Below, piece by piece: positions 12,163-22,409 of a stretch of 64,000 nt of DNA. Below the pieces are notes generated by a model. That model saw only the letters and a list, made by a program, of their open reading frames with translations. It had not been told where the DNA came from and did no database searches. Origin of the DNA: Histomonas meleagridis 2922-C6/04-290x (taxonomy: Eukaryota; Protista; Parabasalia); assembly GCA_020184695.1 (NCBI GenBank), contig JAANOX010000265.1, positions 1 through 64,000 of the forward strand, in the 5' to 3' direction. Position 1 is the stretch's first letter; the number at the start of each line of letters is the position of its first letter. A program made the translations under genes and the position numbers.

Positions 12163-12990
12163 ATGTTTTTCATGAATACTTTTCAAACATTTGATAATTC
12201 TACAAATACACTGCCTATAACAAATGAAAGTGAATTTAATCAAACATATCAAAATATTACAGAACATATTATTATTGAAAAAGGAATTTTTTATATACCA
12301 GATAATTCATTTTCTCAATGGAAGAGAATTAATTCAGTTTATTATATTGGAAATTCAGCATTTTCTTATTGTTCTTCATTAGAAATTATTAATTTTGGTT
12401 ATAATTTAACATCAATTGGAATTTCAGCATTTTCTTATTGTACTTCATTAAATAATATTACACTTCCGAATTCAGTTAATTATATTGGAAATTTGGCATT
12501 TTGTTATTGTTCTTCATTAACATTTATCAGCACTTTAACATATTTATATTATATCACACAAACAATTTCATTCTATAATACAAAAATAAATTCATTTACA
12601 TTTTCATACATTAATTCATCGCATACGTATATTGAAACAGGATTTATTTTTTATAATTATACAATTATTTGCTATTCAACTTATTATAGCTTTTATTCTT
12701 ATTTCTTTACAATTTTATTTTCAAATGAATTTCAAACAAATGAAAATAAAAATGTAATTATCATTTCTGTTCGTGTTGTAGTCGTTGTAATTTTTGTCAT
12801 TTCATTACTTGTTATTCTTTTAGTTAGAAACAAACATAAAAAACATTTAAGCGAAGAACGAGAGAAAGAAAGCATTGAACAAAATAATGTTGAAATCCAA
12901 AACACATTTCAAAATACATTCACAACTAATATGGATGAAGATCCATTTGCTGATGATTTTAAAGAAGTAAAATTTATCACTCAAATTTAG
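12163..12990 (+). CDS. BspA-like (TpLRR) surface protein with C-terminal TM and acidic tail; 5' end uncertain
   Basis: About 3 TpLRR repeats (YIGNSAFSYCSSL, SIGISAFSYCTSLNNITLPNSV, YIGNLAFCYCSSL), TM VVVVVIFVISLLVILLV, tail MDEDPFADDFKE. ATG at 12163/12172; the upstream ATG at 11992 overlaps the dynein stop. Confidence 0.75.
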   Translation: MFFMNTFQTFDNSTNTLPITNESEFNQTYQNITEHIIIEKGIFYIPDNSFSQWKRINSVYYIGNSAFSYCSSLEIINFGYNLTSIGISAFSYCTSLNNITLPNSVNYIGNLAFCYCSSLTFISTLTYLYYITQTISFYNTKINSFTFSYINSSHTYIETGFIFYNYTIICYSTYYSFYSYFFTILFSNEFQTNENKNVIIISVRVVVVVIFVISLLVILLVRNKHKKHLSEEREKESIEQNNVEIQNTFQNTFTTNMDEDPFADDFKEVKFITQI

Positions 12991-13057
12991 AATTTAGTAA
13001 AAAAAAAATAAAAATAATATATTTTGAATCTAAAATGCTATAACTTGTTCATATATT

Positions 13058-13450
13058 TTAATATATGCGAATATGTAATATGTGAACACTGTGAAAAGAA
13101 ACATCTTCTGATTGAAGTTCGTCATTTTCTGCAATATCACTTACTTCTTCGATTGTTTCGTCTTCCGAATAAAGTTTGCTCTTCTCTGATTTGACTTCTT
13201 CAGCACCATTAACTTCTTCAATCTCTAATTTAATTTTATCATCGTTTTCCTTGTCTGTTTCGATTTCTTCGATTTCTGATTTTGTTTCGCTATTTTCAAT
13301 TTGAATTTCATCTATTTCATCTTTATTAGAATCAAATTTATTAATTTCCAATTTGTTTTCTTCCATTTCATCTGTTTCTGATTTTTCTGATTTGTTATCC
13401 GAATGAATTTCTTCAATTGTATCTGATTTCTCTAATTTATATATTTGCAT
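13058..13450 (-). CDS. Acidic low-complexity hypothetical ORF or gene fragment
   Basis: 130-aa E/D/K-rich ORF with coding-like GAA/GAT periodicity; no domain recognised. Confidence 0.35.
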   Translation of the reverse strand: MQIYKLEKSDTIEEIHSDNKSEKSETDEMEENKLEINKFDSNKDEIDEIQIENSETKSEIEEIETDKENDDKIKLEIEEVNGAEEVKSEKSKLYSEDETIEEVSDIAENDELQSEDVSFHSVHILHIRIY

Positions 13451-14136
13451 TTAATATTATTATTTTTTTATATATATTTTTCAACTAATTTTATAATTTC
13501 TATATTTCCTTTCTTATTTGAATATGTAAAAGCTGTTTCTTTCATTTGATTGAAATACCAAGTTTGGTTTGATCACAGTGTTCAGAACATATTATTCCAT
13601 CAATGCGTTCATTTGAAGATGATATATCATCTCTTGAAAGTTACATTTTGGATATTTTGAAGTCACCAACTTCGTAGAAACCATTGAAGTTGTGATCTTG
13701 TCTTTAAAAAATTAATTAAAATATATATTTTTTTTAATTATTACAGTATTAATCATGCCCAAAATTAATAATATTATTAACCACAAAATTATATGTTTCG
13801 TTGAAGGAAACCAAAAGTTCATATATCACATATCGCACATATATATTTTATACATTCGATTCCTATTAAGGAACCCACCATTAGGTCTTTGAAATGGGGA
13901 ATAAGGATAGTAATATTAACCCATTTATCAAATGATATTAAAACCTTCTTATGTCAGAAATAAAAATTGCCGGTTTTTTCAAATGGTGAATTAAAGGAAA
14001 AACGTTTAGAGTTGTAAATTAACGACTTTTCTATTAGTGAAAGGACAAAATGTCATTCAATTTTTTATTGACAAAATTTTACAATTTGCTTTTTGAGTAA
14101 ACCTGGTACAGCTTGGCACCATTTGAAAAAACCAAA

Positions 14137-17100
14137 ATGAAAAAGAAAAGCTCAAAGAAGAAGAAATCAGAAGCCAAAGCCTTTCATCCATTTGTGACAA
14201 AGAAGCTGCCTACTTCTAGACCACCAGATAGTGCTATTGATGAAATGCTTTCAGCATTTCTTGATGATATGGATATTCATGGAGAAAAGCGATCAAACTT
14301 CATCGAACAAAAAACAACAGATGAAAAATGGCAAATGATGGTTTTCCAAGAACAACTTGATTTATCTATTCCTTCACCAAAGTCATTACTTCTCGAATTA
14401 AAGAATAATTTGACTCCAGAAAACCTTAAAAATGTAGCAAATAATCTTGCTAAATCACGTCTATCCTGGGGCAAACAATTTCTTGAGGAAGGAGGTCATG
14501 TATTTCTATTTAAAATCATTCAACAAATATCCAATAAGCTTACTTCAGTTGGTGAAATCTCCAAGGGTGATGCTGCAATACTAGAAGGTCTTCTGGAATG
14601 TTTTAGGTCAATATGTAATACATCACAAGGTCTTGATAAAGTCCTAGATTATTACAAATACATTAATATTATTATCAACTGCATTTACCCACCACATTTG
14701 CGTACATTTGACTTTGTTTTTGGTATTTGTTTAGCATATCTTTTTGGAGTAACAGATCCTAAAAAACATGGCATTACACTTCGAATTATCCTCGAAACAT
14801 TTCGGAAACTTGAACGTAATCATCATGGCTGGAAAAATATCACATATTTTGTATCATCGAAAGGAGCCAATCTTTTAACATTATATTCCTTTTTGAATGG
14901 TATTTATTTAACACTTGTTGGGCAGCATGGCGAAGAAGGATATCCATCATTTCGATATAATTGGTTAATGAATATAGAAAATGCCGGCTTAATCAAAGCG
15001 TTAAAAGAAAGTCATAATGAATTATTACAAAACTTAGCAACAGTATTAGAAGACGATGTTTCTATTTGTAAGTCTATATTTCCAAACACAGGAATTAATC
15101 CATTTAATGATAAATCGTTATGTAAAATCATTGATACAAATTCAAATCCACCATATTTATTTAGGAATGTACAACTTGGACTTGTAGATTTAGCACTTCG
15201 ACATAATAATATCTTTAATATCATAATGACATATTTCTTTAATGCTATAAACATTACGCGTTACTTTGCTATCTCAGCAAAAGATTTACGAAGATATAAA
15301 AAAATTTTCGTTGTTACAGCTGATTTAGATTCACCTATTAAACTTAGTATTGAACAAAGTGATAATAACACTATATTAAGCGAACTTGGATCAGAAATGT
15401 TTGCTGTAGAAAATGAACTTAAACGTCAACAAATGAAAAAGATAATTAAAAAAGCAGGAAAAGTTAATATTGATAACTTAGAAGCATTATTCGGTAAACA
15501 AGAACGTCCTTCTGATATTGATGGGCCAACGATTATATCAGAAGCAGAATTACGTCAATTACAACAAAACTTATTAGAAATGAAGAATCAAGTCACGGAA
15601 TTAAATAAGAAATGTAAATCATTAAATGATGAAAAAGATGATATCATTAAAGAGAATAATAAATTAAAAGCAATTTGTAATGAATTAAAAGAGAAATTAA
15701 ATAAAATGAAAAATAAAGAAGAAAAATCTGATGAATCAACTAAATCTAAATCAAAATCTAAAACTAAATCCGATTCTTCTTCATCTGATTCAATTTCTAC
15801 CGAAACAGAAGCTTATGAATCATATAAATCAAATATTTCTTCTTCGACAACTGAAGAAAGTGGAATTTCGAATATAACAGTGTCTGATAATAAAGAATAT
15901 GTTATGTTAAGAGAAGCTAAACTTCAATCAGATACAAAAGTAGAAAAACTTTTAGAAGAAATTGAAGCATTAAAGAAACAAAATAATAATGATAAAGAAT
16001 TTAATGAACTTCAACAAGCTAAAGTTACTGCAGAATCGAAAATCATTGAATTAAATTCCGAAATCGAATCATTAAAAAATAAAGAAATTACAATTAAAAA
16101 TGAATCAGAAAATATTAAAAAAGAATTATCAGAAGTTAAACAAGAAAATATTATATCGAAATCTAAAATCGAAGAATTAGAAAATGAAATTAAAACATTA
16201 AAATCAAAAGAATCAGCAAATAAAGAAGATAACACAAGTACAAAACAAGAAATGTTAACAATTAAAGAGAACAATGCACGTTTACAATTTAAGATTGAAG
16301 AATTAGAGAAATTAAATGAAGAAATGAAAACGAAAGAATTAAATGTTAAAGAAGAAAATGATAAAATTAAACAAGAATTATCATTAACTAAACAAAGTAA
16401 AGCAAGTGTAGAACAAAAAGTTAATGAATTAGAAAATGAAATCGAAACATTAAAATCAAAAGAAATTAATATTAAAGAAGAATCAGATAAAATGAAACAA
16501 GAATTAATTAATATGAAACAAAATAAAGCTATAGCTGAAAACAAAATTGAAGAACTTGAAAATGAAATCCAAACAATTAAAACTAAAGATTTGAATATTA
16601 AAGAAGAATATGATAAAATTAAACAAGAAAATTCGATATTAAAACAAAACAAATTAGTTAATGAATCTAAAATTAAAGAACTTGAAGAAGAAATAGAAAC
16701 ATTAACACAAAAATCCGATTCTTCATCATCTTCAAGTTCAAGTGATAATGAAGATGAATTACGTAATGAAATCAATTCACTTAAAGAAGTTAAATCTTCG
16801 AATGAAGCTATGATTCAACACTTAAAAGCACAAATTGAATCAATGAAATCTAAGAAAGTTAGTGATGAAGGTTCATCTTCTTCATCTTCTTCAAGTGATA
16901 ATGATAATGATGATAAAATCGAAATTCTTGCAACACGAGAAATCGAATTAAATGAAATTAAAGAAGCTAAAGCTAAATCTGATTTAAAGATTGTTGAATT
17001 AAAGAATGAAATTGAAAGTTTGAAGAACAATGAAAATGATTATAAATCCGAAAATGATAAAATTAAACAAGAATTATCACAAGTTAAACAAAGTAAAACT

Positions 17101-19692
17101 ATTGCAGAAAGTAAAATCGAAGAATTAGAAACAGAAATTAATTCATTAAAGAATAAAGAAAATGAACTTAAAACAGAAAACGATAAAATTAAACAAGAAT
17201 TATCATTAACTAAACAAAACAAAATTACTTCTGATTCTAAAATCGAAGAATTAGAAAATGATATTAATAATTTAAAGAACAAAGAAATTGAACTTCAATC
17301 CGAAAATGAGAAAATCAAACAAGAATTATCTAATGTTAAACAATCTAAAGCAAGTTCTGATTCTAAAATTGAAGAATTAAATTCCGAAATCGAATCATTA
17401 AAGAGCAAAGAATTATCATTAATTAATGATGCTGAAAATATTAAACAAGAATTATTAAATGTTAAAACATCTAAAGCAAGTGCAGAAATTAAAATTGAAG
17501 AACTTCAAAATGAAATTAATACATTAGTTAATCAAGAATCAAATTATAAAAATGATAGTGATAATATTAAACAAGAATTATCTCAAATGAAACAAACGAA
17601 AGCTTTACTCGAATCTAAAATCGAAAGTTTGAATAATGAAATCGAATCATTAAAGAACAAAGAAATTCAAATTAATGAAGAAAATGATAAAATTAAACAA
17701 GATTTATCATCTACAAAACAAAACAAATTAATCCTTGAAACTAAAATCGAACAATATGAAAATGAAATCAAATCATATAAAGAAAAAGAACAATCTTTAG
17801 ACAACAATAAGAAAGAACTTGAATCTAAAATTAAAGAAATGGAAAATGAAATTGAAACATTAAAGAACAAAGAACATTCATCTTCTTCATCATCTTCTTC
17901 AAGTTCTGATGACGAAGATGATAATAATAATGAACAAAAAGAACAAATTGAAAAACTTACAAAAGAAATATCCGAAAAAGATAAAATCATTAAATCACAC
18001 AAAGACGAAATCACTAAATTACAAGGACAAATCAATACCATCAAGAAAAAATCATCAAATCAGCCACGGCAATCTCAAAGCAATGCAAACATCGAAGCAT
18101 TACAAAAACAAATCGAAGCACAAAAAGCCGAAATCGCTAAACTCAAAGAAACATTATCATCTTCAGGCAAGTCCGAAGCTTCAGCACCCGAAGCGCCTTC
18201 ATCTGAAGCCGAAGCTCCTCCACCACCTCCGCCTCCACCCCCACCTCCTGATGCGCCTCCTCCTCCACCACCCGGCGCTCCACCTCCTCCGCCAGGCGCT
18301 CCTCCTCCTCCGGGCTCCGGAATGCCATCAAAGCCCAATCCCAAGCCGCCGAAGCCACTGCGTAACTTGTATTGGACGAAGATACCCGACTCAACAGTCA
18401 AAGGAACATTATGGGAGAAGATCGACGACACAAAGGCCAAATTCGATGAAGACAAATTGTTGGAATTGTTTGCCACAGCAGCACCTAAGCCAGCGCCGAC
18501 ACCATCGGGAAGAGCAGCAGCAGAAGCGGCGCCGCCGAAGCCGAAGATTGTCGAATTGTTTGACCAGAATCGATCCAAAGCGATCACTATTATGGTCACA
18601 CGCTTCAGAAGGCCGAATGAACAAGTTGCGACCGAAATTAAGACACTTAGCGACAAGCTGACTGAGGATGAAATCCAAGCGCTCCGTAACAACAAGCCAA
18701 ATGCAGAAGAAGTTCAAGCAGTTGTGTCATATGATGGCGATAAAGCATTGTTAGGTAAAGCTGAACAATTTGTGAATGCAATCAGCGGAATACAAATGTT
18801 GGACACGCACATTGACTTCTTATACATTCGTAAGACATTTGATTCACAGATCGAAGACGTCGAGAGGCCATTATCGTTTATATATAATGGATTAAATAGC
18901 ATTAACACATCAGAGAAGTTAAAGGACCTCTTAGCATTAATATTACGTATAGGTAATATATGTAACGGAGGTACTATGCGTGGAGGCGCTTACGGATTTA
19001 AGTTCGATTTCATTGATAAAATCAGAGAAATCCGTACACAAGTTCCTGGTTATTTACTAGTGAACTTTATCGCTGAACAATTCCCTGTCAACGAATTATA
19101 TAATGAATTGGAGCCAATCAAAAAAGCTTTGACCGTAGATATGGATACGATCCGTAAGTCTTATAAGGCTATGGATGGAATGTTTAACACATTAGAAAGA
19201 TCTTTAGCTCAAGCAGAGAAACTCGACAATAGTTATGTACTCGCAAAAGAAATCAAAAAATTCATCGGTGAAAAGTCGGCGACCGTTAAAAAGCAGCCTG
19301 AAACATTTAACAAAATCGATGAATTATATGCAAAATTGGTTAAAGAATATGGAGAAGATCCTGACGCAATGCAAATGGCCGACTTCTTTAATGTATTTAT
19401 TAAATTGGCAGAAGAATTAAGAAAGGCCAAAGAAGTTAATGAAAAGAAGAAGGCAGATGAAGAAAAGGCTAAGAATAAGATGCAGAACCCATTGAGAAGA
19501 GGCGTAATTAACGCTGGTGACGCTCAGAGAGGTGTTTTGGATGAGTTGATGAAGAAGCTACAGACAGGGCCACCCCAACTCAAAAAAGTGGGAGGCGGGC
19601 CACCCCAGCAAAGAGGCCCCCCGCCGGGTCCCCCCAAACCAGCAAATAATGATCTAATGGCAGCTTTCGCTAAGGTAAGAAAAACCGGTTAA
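14137..19692 (+). CDS. Diaphanous-type formin: GBD/FH3, long coiled coil, FH1, FH2, DAD/WH2-like tail
   Basis: FH1 polyproline at about 18215-18315; FH2 motifs LRNLYWTKI, LRIGNICNGG, AYGFKFD; DAD-like GVLDELMKKLQ; N-terminal GBD-like EKWQMM/FLEEGGH. ATG at 14137 (track start 14113 is TTG). Confidence 0.95.
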   Translation: MKKKSSKKKKSEAKAFHPFVTKKLPTSRPPDSAIDEMLSAFLDDMDIHGEKRSNFIEQKTTDEKWQMMVFQEQLDLSIPSPKSLLLELKNNLTPENLKNVANNLAKSRLSWGKQFLEEGGHVFLFKIIQQISNKLTSVGEISKGDAAILEGLLECFRSICNTSQGLDKVLDYYKYINIIINCIYPPHLRTFDFVFGICLAYLFGVTDPKKHGITLRIILETFRKLERNHHGWKNITYFVSSKGANLLTLYSFLNGIYLTLVGQHGEEGYPSFRYNWLMNIENAGLIKALKESHNELLQNLATVLEDDVSICKSIFPNTGINPFNDKSLCKIIDTNSNPPYLFRNVQLGLVDLALRHNNIFNIIMTYFFNAINITRYFAISAKDLRRYKKIFVVTADLDSPIKLSIEQSDNNTILSELGSEMFAVENELKRQQMKKIIKKAGKVNIDNLEALFGKQERPSDIDGPTIISEAELRQLQQNLLEMKNQVTELNKKCKSLNDEKDDIIKENNKLKAICNELKEKLNKMKNKEEKSDESTKSKSKSKTKSDSSSSDSISTETEAYESYKSNISSSTTEESGISNITVSDNKEYVMLREAKLQSDTKVEKLLEEIEALKKQNNNDKEFNELQQAKVTAESKIIELNSEIESLKNKEITIKNESENIKKELSEVKQENIISKSKIEELENEIKTLKSKESANKEDNTSTKQEMLTIKENNARLQFKIEELEKLNEEMKTKELNVKEENDKIKQELSLTKQSKASVEQKVNELENEIETLKSKEINIKEESDKMKQELINMKQNKAIAENKIEELENEIQTIKTKDLNIKEEYDKIKQENSILKQNKLVNESKIKELEEEIETLTQKSDSSSSSSSSDNEDELRNEINSLKEVKSSNEAMIQHLKAQIESMKSKKVSDEGSSSSSSSSDNDNDDKIEILATREIELNEIKEAKAKSDLKIVELKNEIESLKNNENDYKSENDKIKQELSQVKQSKTIAESKIEELETEINSLKNKENELKTENDKIKQELSLTKQNKITSDSKIEELENDINNLKNKEIELQSENEKIKQELSNVKQSKASSDSKIEELNSEIESLKSKELSLINDAENIKQELLNVKTSKASAEIKIEELQNEINTLVNQESNYKNDSDNIKQELSQMKQTKALLESKIESLNNEIESLKNKEIQINEENDKIKQDLSSTKQNKLILETKIEQYENEIKSYKEKEQSLDNNKKELESKIKEMENEIETLKNKEHSSSSSSSSSSDDEDDNNNEQKEQIEKLTKEISEKDKIIKSHKDEITKLQGQINTIKKKSSNQPRQSQSNANIEALQKQIEAQKAEIAKLKETLSSSGKSEASAPEAPSSEAEAPPPPPPPPPPPDAPPPPPPGAPPPPPGAPPPPGSGMPSKPNPKPPKPLRNLYWTKIPDSTVKGTLWEKIDDTKAKFDEDKLLELFATAAPKPAPTPSGRAAAEAAPPKPKIVELFDQNRSKAITIMVTRFRRPNEQVATEIKTLSDKLTEDEIQALRNNKPNAEEVQAVVSYDGDKALLGKAEQFVNAISGIQMLDTHIDFLYIRKTFDSQIEDVERPLSFIYNGLNSINTSEKLKDLLALILRIGNICNGGTMRGGAYGFKFDFIDKIREIRTQVPGYLLVNFIAEQFPVNELYNELEPIKKALTVDMDTIRKSYKAMDGMFNTLERSLAQAEKLDNSYVLAKEIKKFIGEKSATVKKQPETFNKIDELYAKLVKEYGEDPDAMQMADFFNVFIKLAEELRKAKEVNEKKKADEEKAKNKMQNPLRRGVINAGDAQRGVLDELMKKLQTGPPQLKKVGGGPPQQRGPPPGPPKPANNDLMAAFAKVRKTG
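16000..17875 (+). repeat. About 13 degenerate 42-aa (126-bp) coiled-coil repeats in the formin, interrupted by poly-Ser/acidic tracts
   Basis: Recurring KQELSxxKQxKxxxESKIEELExEIxxLKxKExxxKxExDKI unit; SSSSSSSSD(N/D)E-type tracts near 16712, 16869 and 17875. Confidence 0.85.
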
Positions 19693-19869
19693 ATAATAAT
19701 TAAAATTTCCATTTGATTCATTTTATTTATTTAATTTCATGTGATACATTACTTTATCAAAATATTCGCATTATCACTAAATCTTAAATTATAATTATCA
19801 TAAGAAATCTTCAAATCCTTTTAGAAATGTTTAAAAAATAATGTTCAAAAGAGTTGTTTAAGGATTTCC

Positions 19870-21180
19870 TTATTCAAGTCTTTGGTAATGGCGCTTCCAT
19901 TTTTCATCAATTGATGCAAGATACCAACTATTTCCCCAAAGATATTCCTTAGATTCCTTTGGTGTATATGGTGCTGTTTTATATCTTTCATTTTCGTATT
20001 GAATGCTTTTCTCATAGTCGGTTACCGATCGTTTTGTTCTCGAATTTAAACGTTCTTCGAGATTGAGCACTTTTTTCATTTTGGAAAGATCGCCATTAAC
20101 TCTGAGGGAGAACATCGTTGACGCACATCCACTTCCGTAAGAAAAGCAAAGAACATGCTTTCCATCTAAGTCGCTGCTGTTAATTAATGATGCAATAGCA
20201 AGATATAATGAAGCTGTGTATCCATTTCCACAATACATTGAAAGAAGACAAGATGGAAGTACTTTCTTGTCAAAAATAGGACGGTGGGTTGCACTTAGTT
20301 CCGACATAAATCTTGGATTATTACGTGTTTCAGATATTTCTTGTTCATCGCCTTTTTTATCTTGCAAATAAACAAGCCTACCTAAGCACTTCTTTATGTG
20401 GTTCATGAAGGGCGTATGGAAACAAATATAGTCGAAATCATCAAGAGATAATTTTTCATTTCCTGTTTTGTTTCTATATCCAAAATAACATTGATCAAGG
20501 CACTCATAGTACAAAGTAAGAGAAAGAGGGCCATCGACAAGTGGATGTGGATTTTCAGGATTTGGTTTGTAAAAATCATATCCATGGATGAAATGCGAGT
20601 GAAAAAGACCTGGTTCAATAACTATTGGGGCATTAGGACCAATAACCATTGCAACAGCACCACAGCCACCTGTTGGTCTTGCAGACATTTCTTCGTATAC
20701 AGCAATATCAGAACATACAACTAGTGCATAACGACCATCCCATTGGGAGCTTTCGATCCATGCAAGAGAGTTTAATAAAGCTGCTGTACCACCATAACAA
20801 GCATTAGTATTATCAACACCCACCATAGAATGATTATTAGGGAAAAGTTGCATTAAAAATGATTTGATTGATTTGGAGCGGTCAATGGATGATTCAGTTC
20901 CAACTTCAAGTCGACCAAACATATCTTCAGTGTAGCCATACTTCGACATTAAAGAAGAAACAACATTTAATGAAATGGAAACAACATCTTCTTGATCTGT
21001 GCAAAATGCAAGTGCTGTTTGCCCTAACCCTTTTGTATATTTTCCTTTGAGTCTTTGACGATTTTCTTCTCCAAGAATTTCAATGTCTCTTTCTTCTAGA
21101 TCATCTTGAAGAATAAAACACTTTGGGAAGTAAACTTCAATTGCTAAAATACCAATGTTTGTTGGTTTTTCACCTTTCAT
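19870..21180 (-). CDS. HMGS: Hydroxymethylglutaryl-CoA synthase (eukaryotic type)
   Basis: GKYTKGLGQ, GRLEVGTES, catalytic Cys in NACYGGTAAL, FHTPF, GNGYTASLY, FSYGSG. ATG at 21180 (track start 21192 is GTG). Confidence 0.96.
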   Translation of the reverse strand: MKGEKPTNIGILAIEVYFPKCFILQDDLEERDIEILGEENRQRLKGKYTKGLGQTALAFCTDQEDVVSISLNVVSSLMSKYGYTEDMFGRLEVGTESSIDRSKSIKSFLMQLFPNNHSMVGVDNTNACYGGTAALLNSLAWIESSQWDGRYALVVCSDIAVYEEMSARPTGGCGAVAMVIGPNAPIVIEPGLFHSHFIHGYDFYKPNPENPHPLVDGPLSLTLYYECLDQCYFGYRNKTGNEKLSLDDFDYICFHTPFMNHIKKCLGRLVYLQDKKGDEQEISETRNNPRFMSELSATHRPIFDKKVLPSCLLSMYCGNGYTASLYLAIASLINSSDLDGKHVLCFSYGSGCASTMFSLRVNGDLSKMKKVLNLEERLNSRTKRSVTDYEKSIQYENERYKTAPYTPKESKEYLWGNSWYLASIDEKWKRHYQRLE

Positions 21181-21618
21181 TTTAAATGCCACTTTTTTGA
21201 TACCATTTTCCAGTCAAGTGAAATTATTTTATTTTAATAATATTAATTTATTTTACTTCCTTACGACCAATCTGTGAGATGTACAAAATCATATGTGATA
21301 ATTAAGTCAGAGAAATTGCGTATTATTAATAACACAACAGATGAGATCCTAATAAAATATATTTTGTAATCAACAGCATTTCCTATCATTTGTACATGTA
21401 AAACAAAAGAGTAAAGTGTCGAAATATCAAAATTATGAATTTGAGATTTTAAAAAATGATTTTTACACTGAGACAATGGAACGATACGATCAAAACGTGT
21501 TCAATTTTTGAGGAAAAGTGACAATTTACCAATTGTTTGTCTTCCTTTAAACGGTCTTTAAACAGCAAAAAGTGCGTCATGCGAATACTGACAAACTCAG
21601 TCAATTCTAATTGTTGAA

Positions 21619-21885
21619 ATGAGCTCGCAACCACAGACCGAAAAGCCAATGCCTCAGGATTTCCTCCGCCTTTGTATGGAAAGGCGCGTGAAGGTTCAGT
21701 TAATTGAAAATCGTGAATTAATTGGAATGTTCCATGCTTACGATGAACATTGCAATATGATTCTAAGCGATGTTACTGAAACACTAACAGTACCTGGCCA
21801 AGATGGCACACCAATGAAACACAGCCGTAATATTGACCTGCTTTTTATAAGAGGGGATCGTATTTTAACACTTTCTCCTCTTTAA
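21619..21885 (+). CDS. LSM3: Sm-like protein LSm3
   Basis: Sm1 (PQDFLRL..RELIGMFHAYDEHCNMILSDV) and Sm2 (RNIDLLFIRGD) motifs match the LSm3 pattern. Confidence 0.85.
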   Translation: MSSQPQTEKPMPQDFLRLCMERRVKVQLIENRELIGMFHAYDEHCNMILSDVTETLTVPGQDGTPMKHSRNIDLLFIRGDRILTLSPL

Positions 21886-22025
21886 TTATATATTTAAAAT
21901 TAAAGCACTATTTCATTTTTTTAGTTTTTAAAACCAGTGATTTTTAAAGATGATAATATCGAGATTTTATAATAAATATTATTGATCATAATAAATCAAT
22001 AATATTCGAAGTTTGGTATTCGTGA

Positions 22026-22098
22026 GGTCTCGTAGCTCAGTCGGTAGAGCGTTGTGCTGATAACGCAAAGGTCTAGGGTTCAAGTCCCTGCGGGACCA
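22026..22098 (+). tRNA. tRNA-Ile(GAU)
   Basis: Acceptor GGTCTCG/CGGGACC plus discriminator A; D arm TAGCTCAGTCGGTAGAGC; anticodon arm TTGTG-CT GAT AA-CGCAA (anticodon 22059-22061); T arm TAGGG-TTCAAGT-CCCTG; T7 run follows. Confidence 0.95.
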
Positions 22099-22105
22099 TT
22101 TTTTT
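22099..22105 (+). terminator. RNA polymerase III oligo-T terminator of tRNA-Ile
   Basis: T7 immediately after the discriminator base. Confidence 0.7.
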
Positions 22106-22409
22106 CTTTTTTCATAGTTAAAGAAATCATGTATAATAATTTAAATTTCACTAACTTAAATATGCAGATATTTGTTTCGAACAGTGTTTGCTATCCTAGT
22201 TGTTTGCATGATCACTTATTTTTCCACAAAGAAATTTTTTTTTAAATTTCAATTATTTTTTTTAATGAAAAAAATTATATTTTTACTATATTCATGACAT
22301 TTTTTGATAAATTTGAACCTATTACCTGTATCAATTCTTAATTACTAATTTTGCAGGATCGAAAAAAAAAATTAATTTTAAAAGACGTTAGTTCACTTCA
22401 TATTAATTT

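Noticed and set aside
13500-13710. Minus-strand fragment reading ..FYEVGDFKISKM-stop, reminiscent of a kinase DFG region
   Set aside because: Too short and interrupted by stops; no other kinase motif nearby.
16011-18717. Antisense and alternative-frame ORFs over the formin rod and FH1 region
   Set aside because: Shadow ORFs of repetitive or Pro-rich coding DNA.
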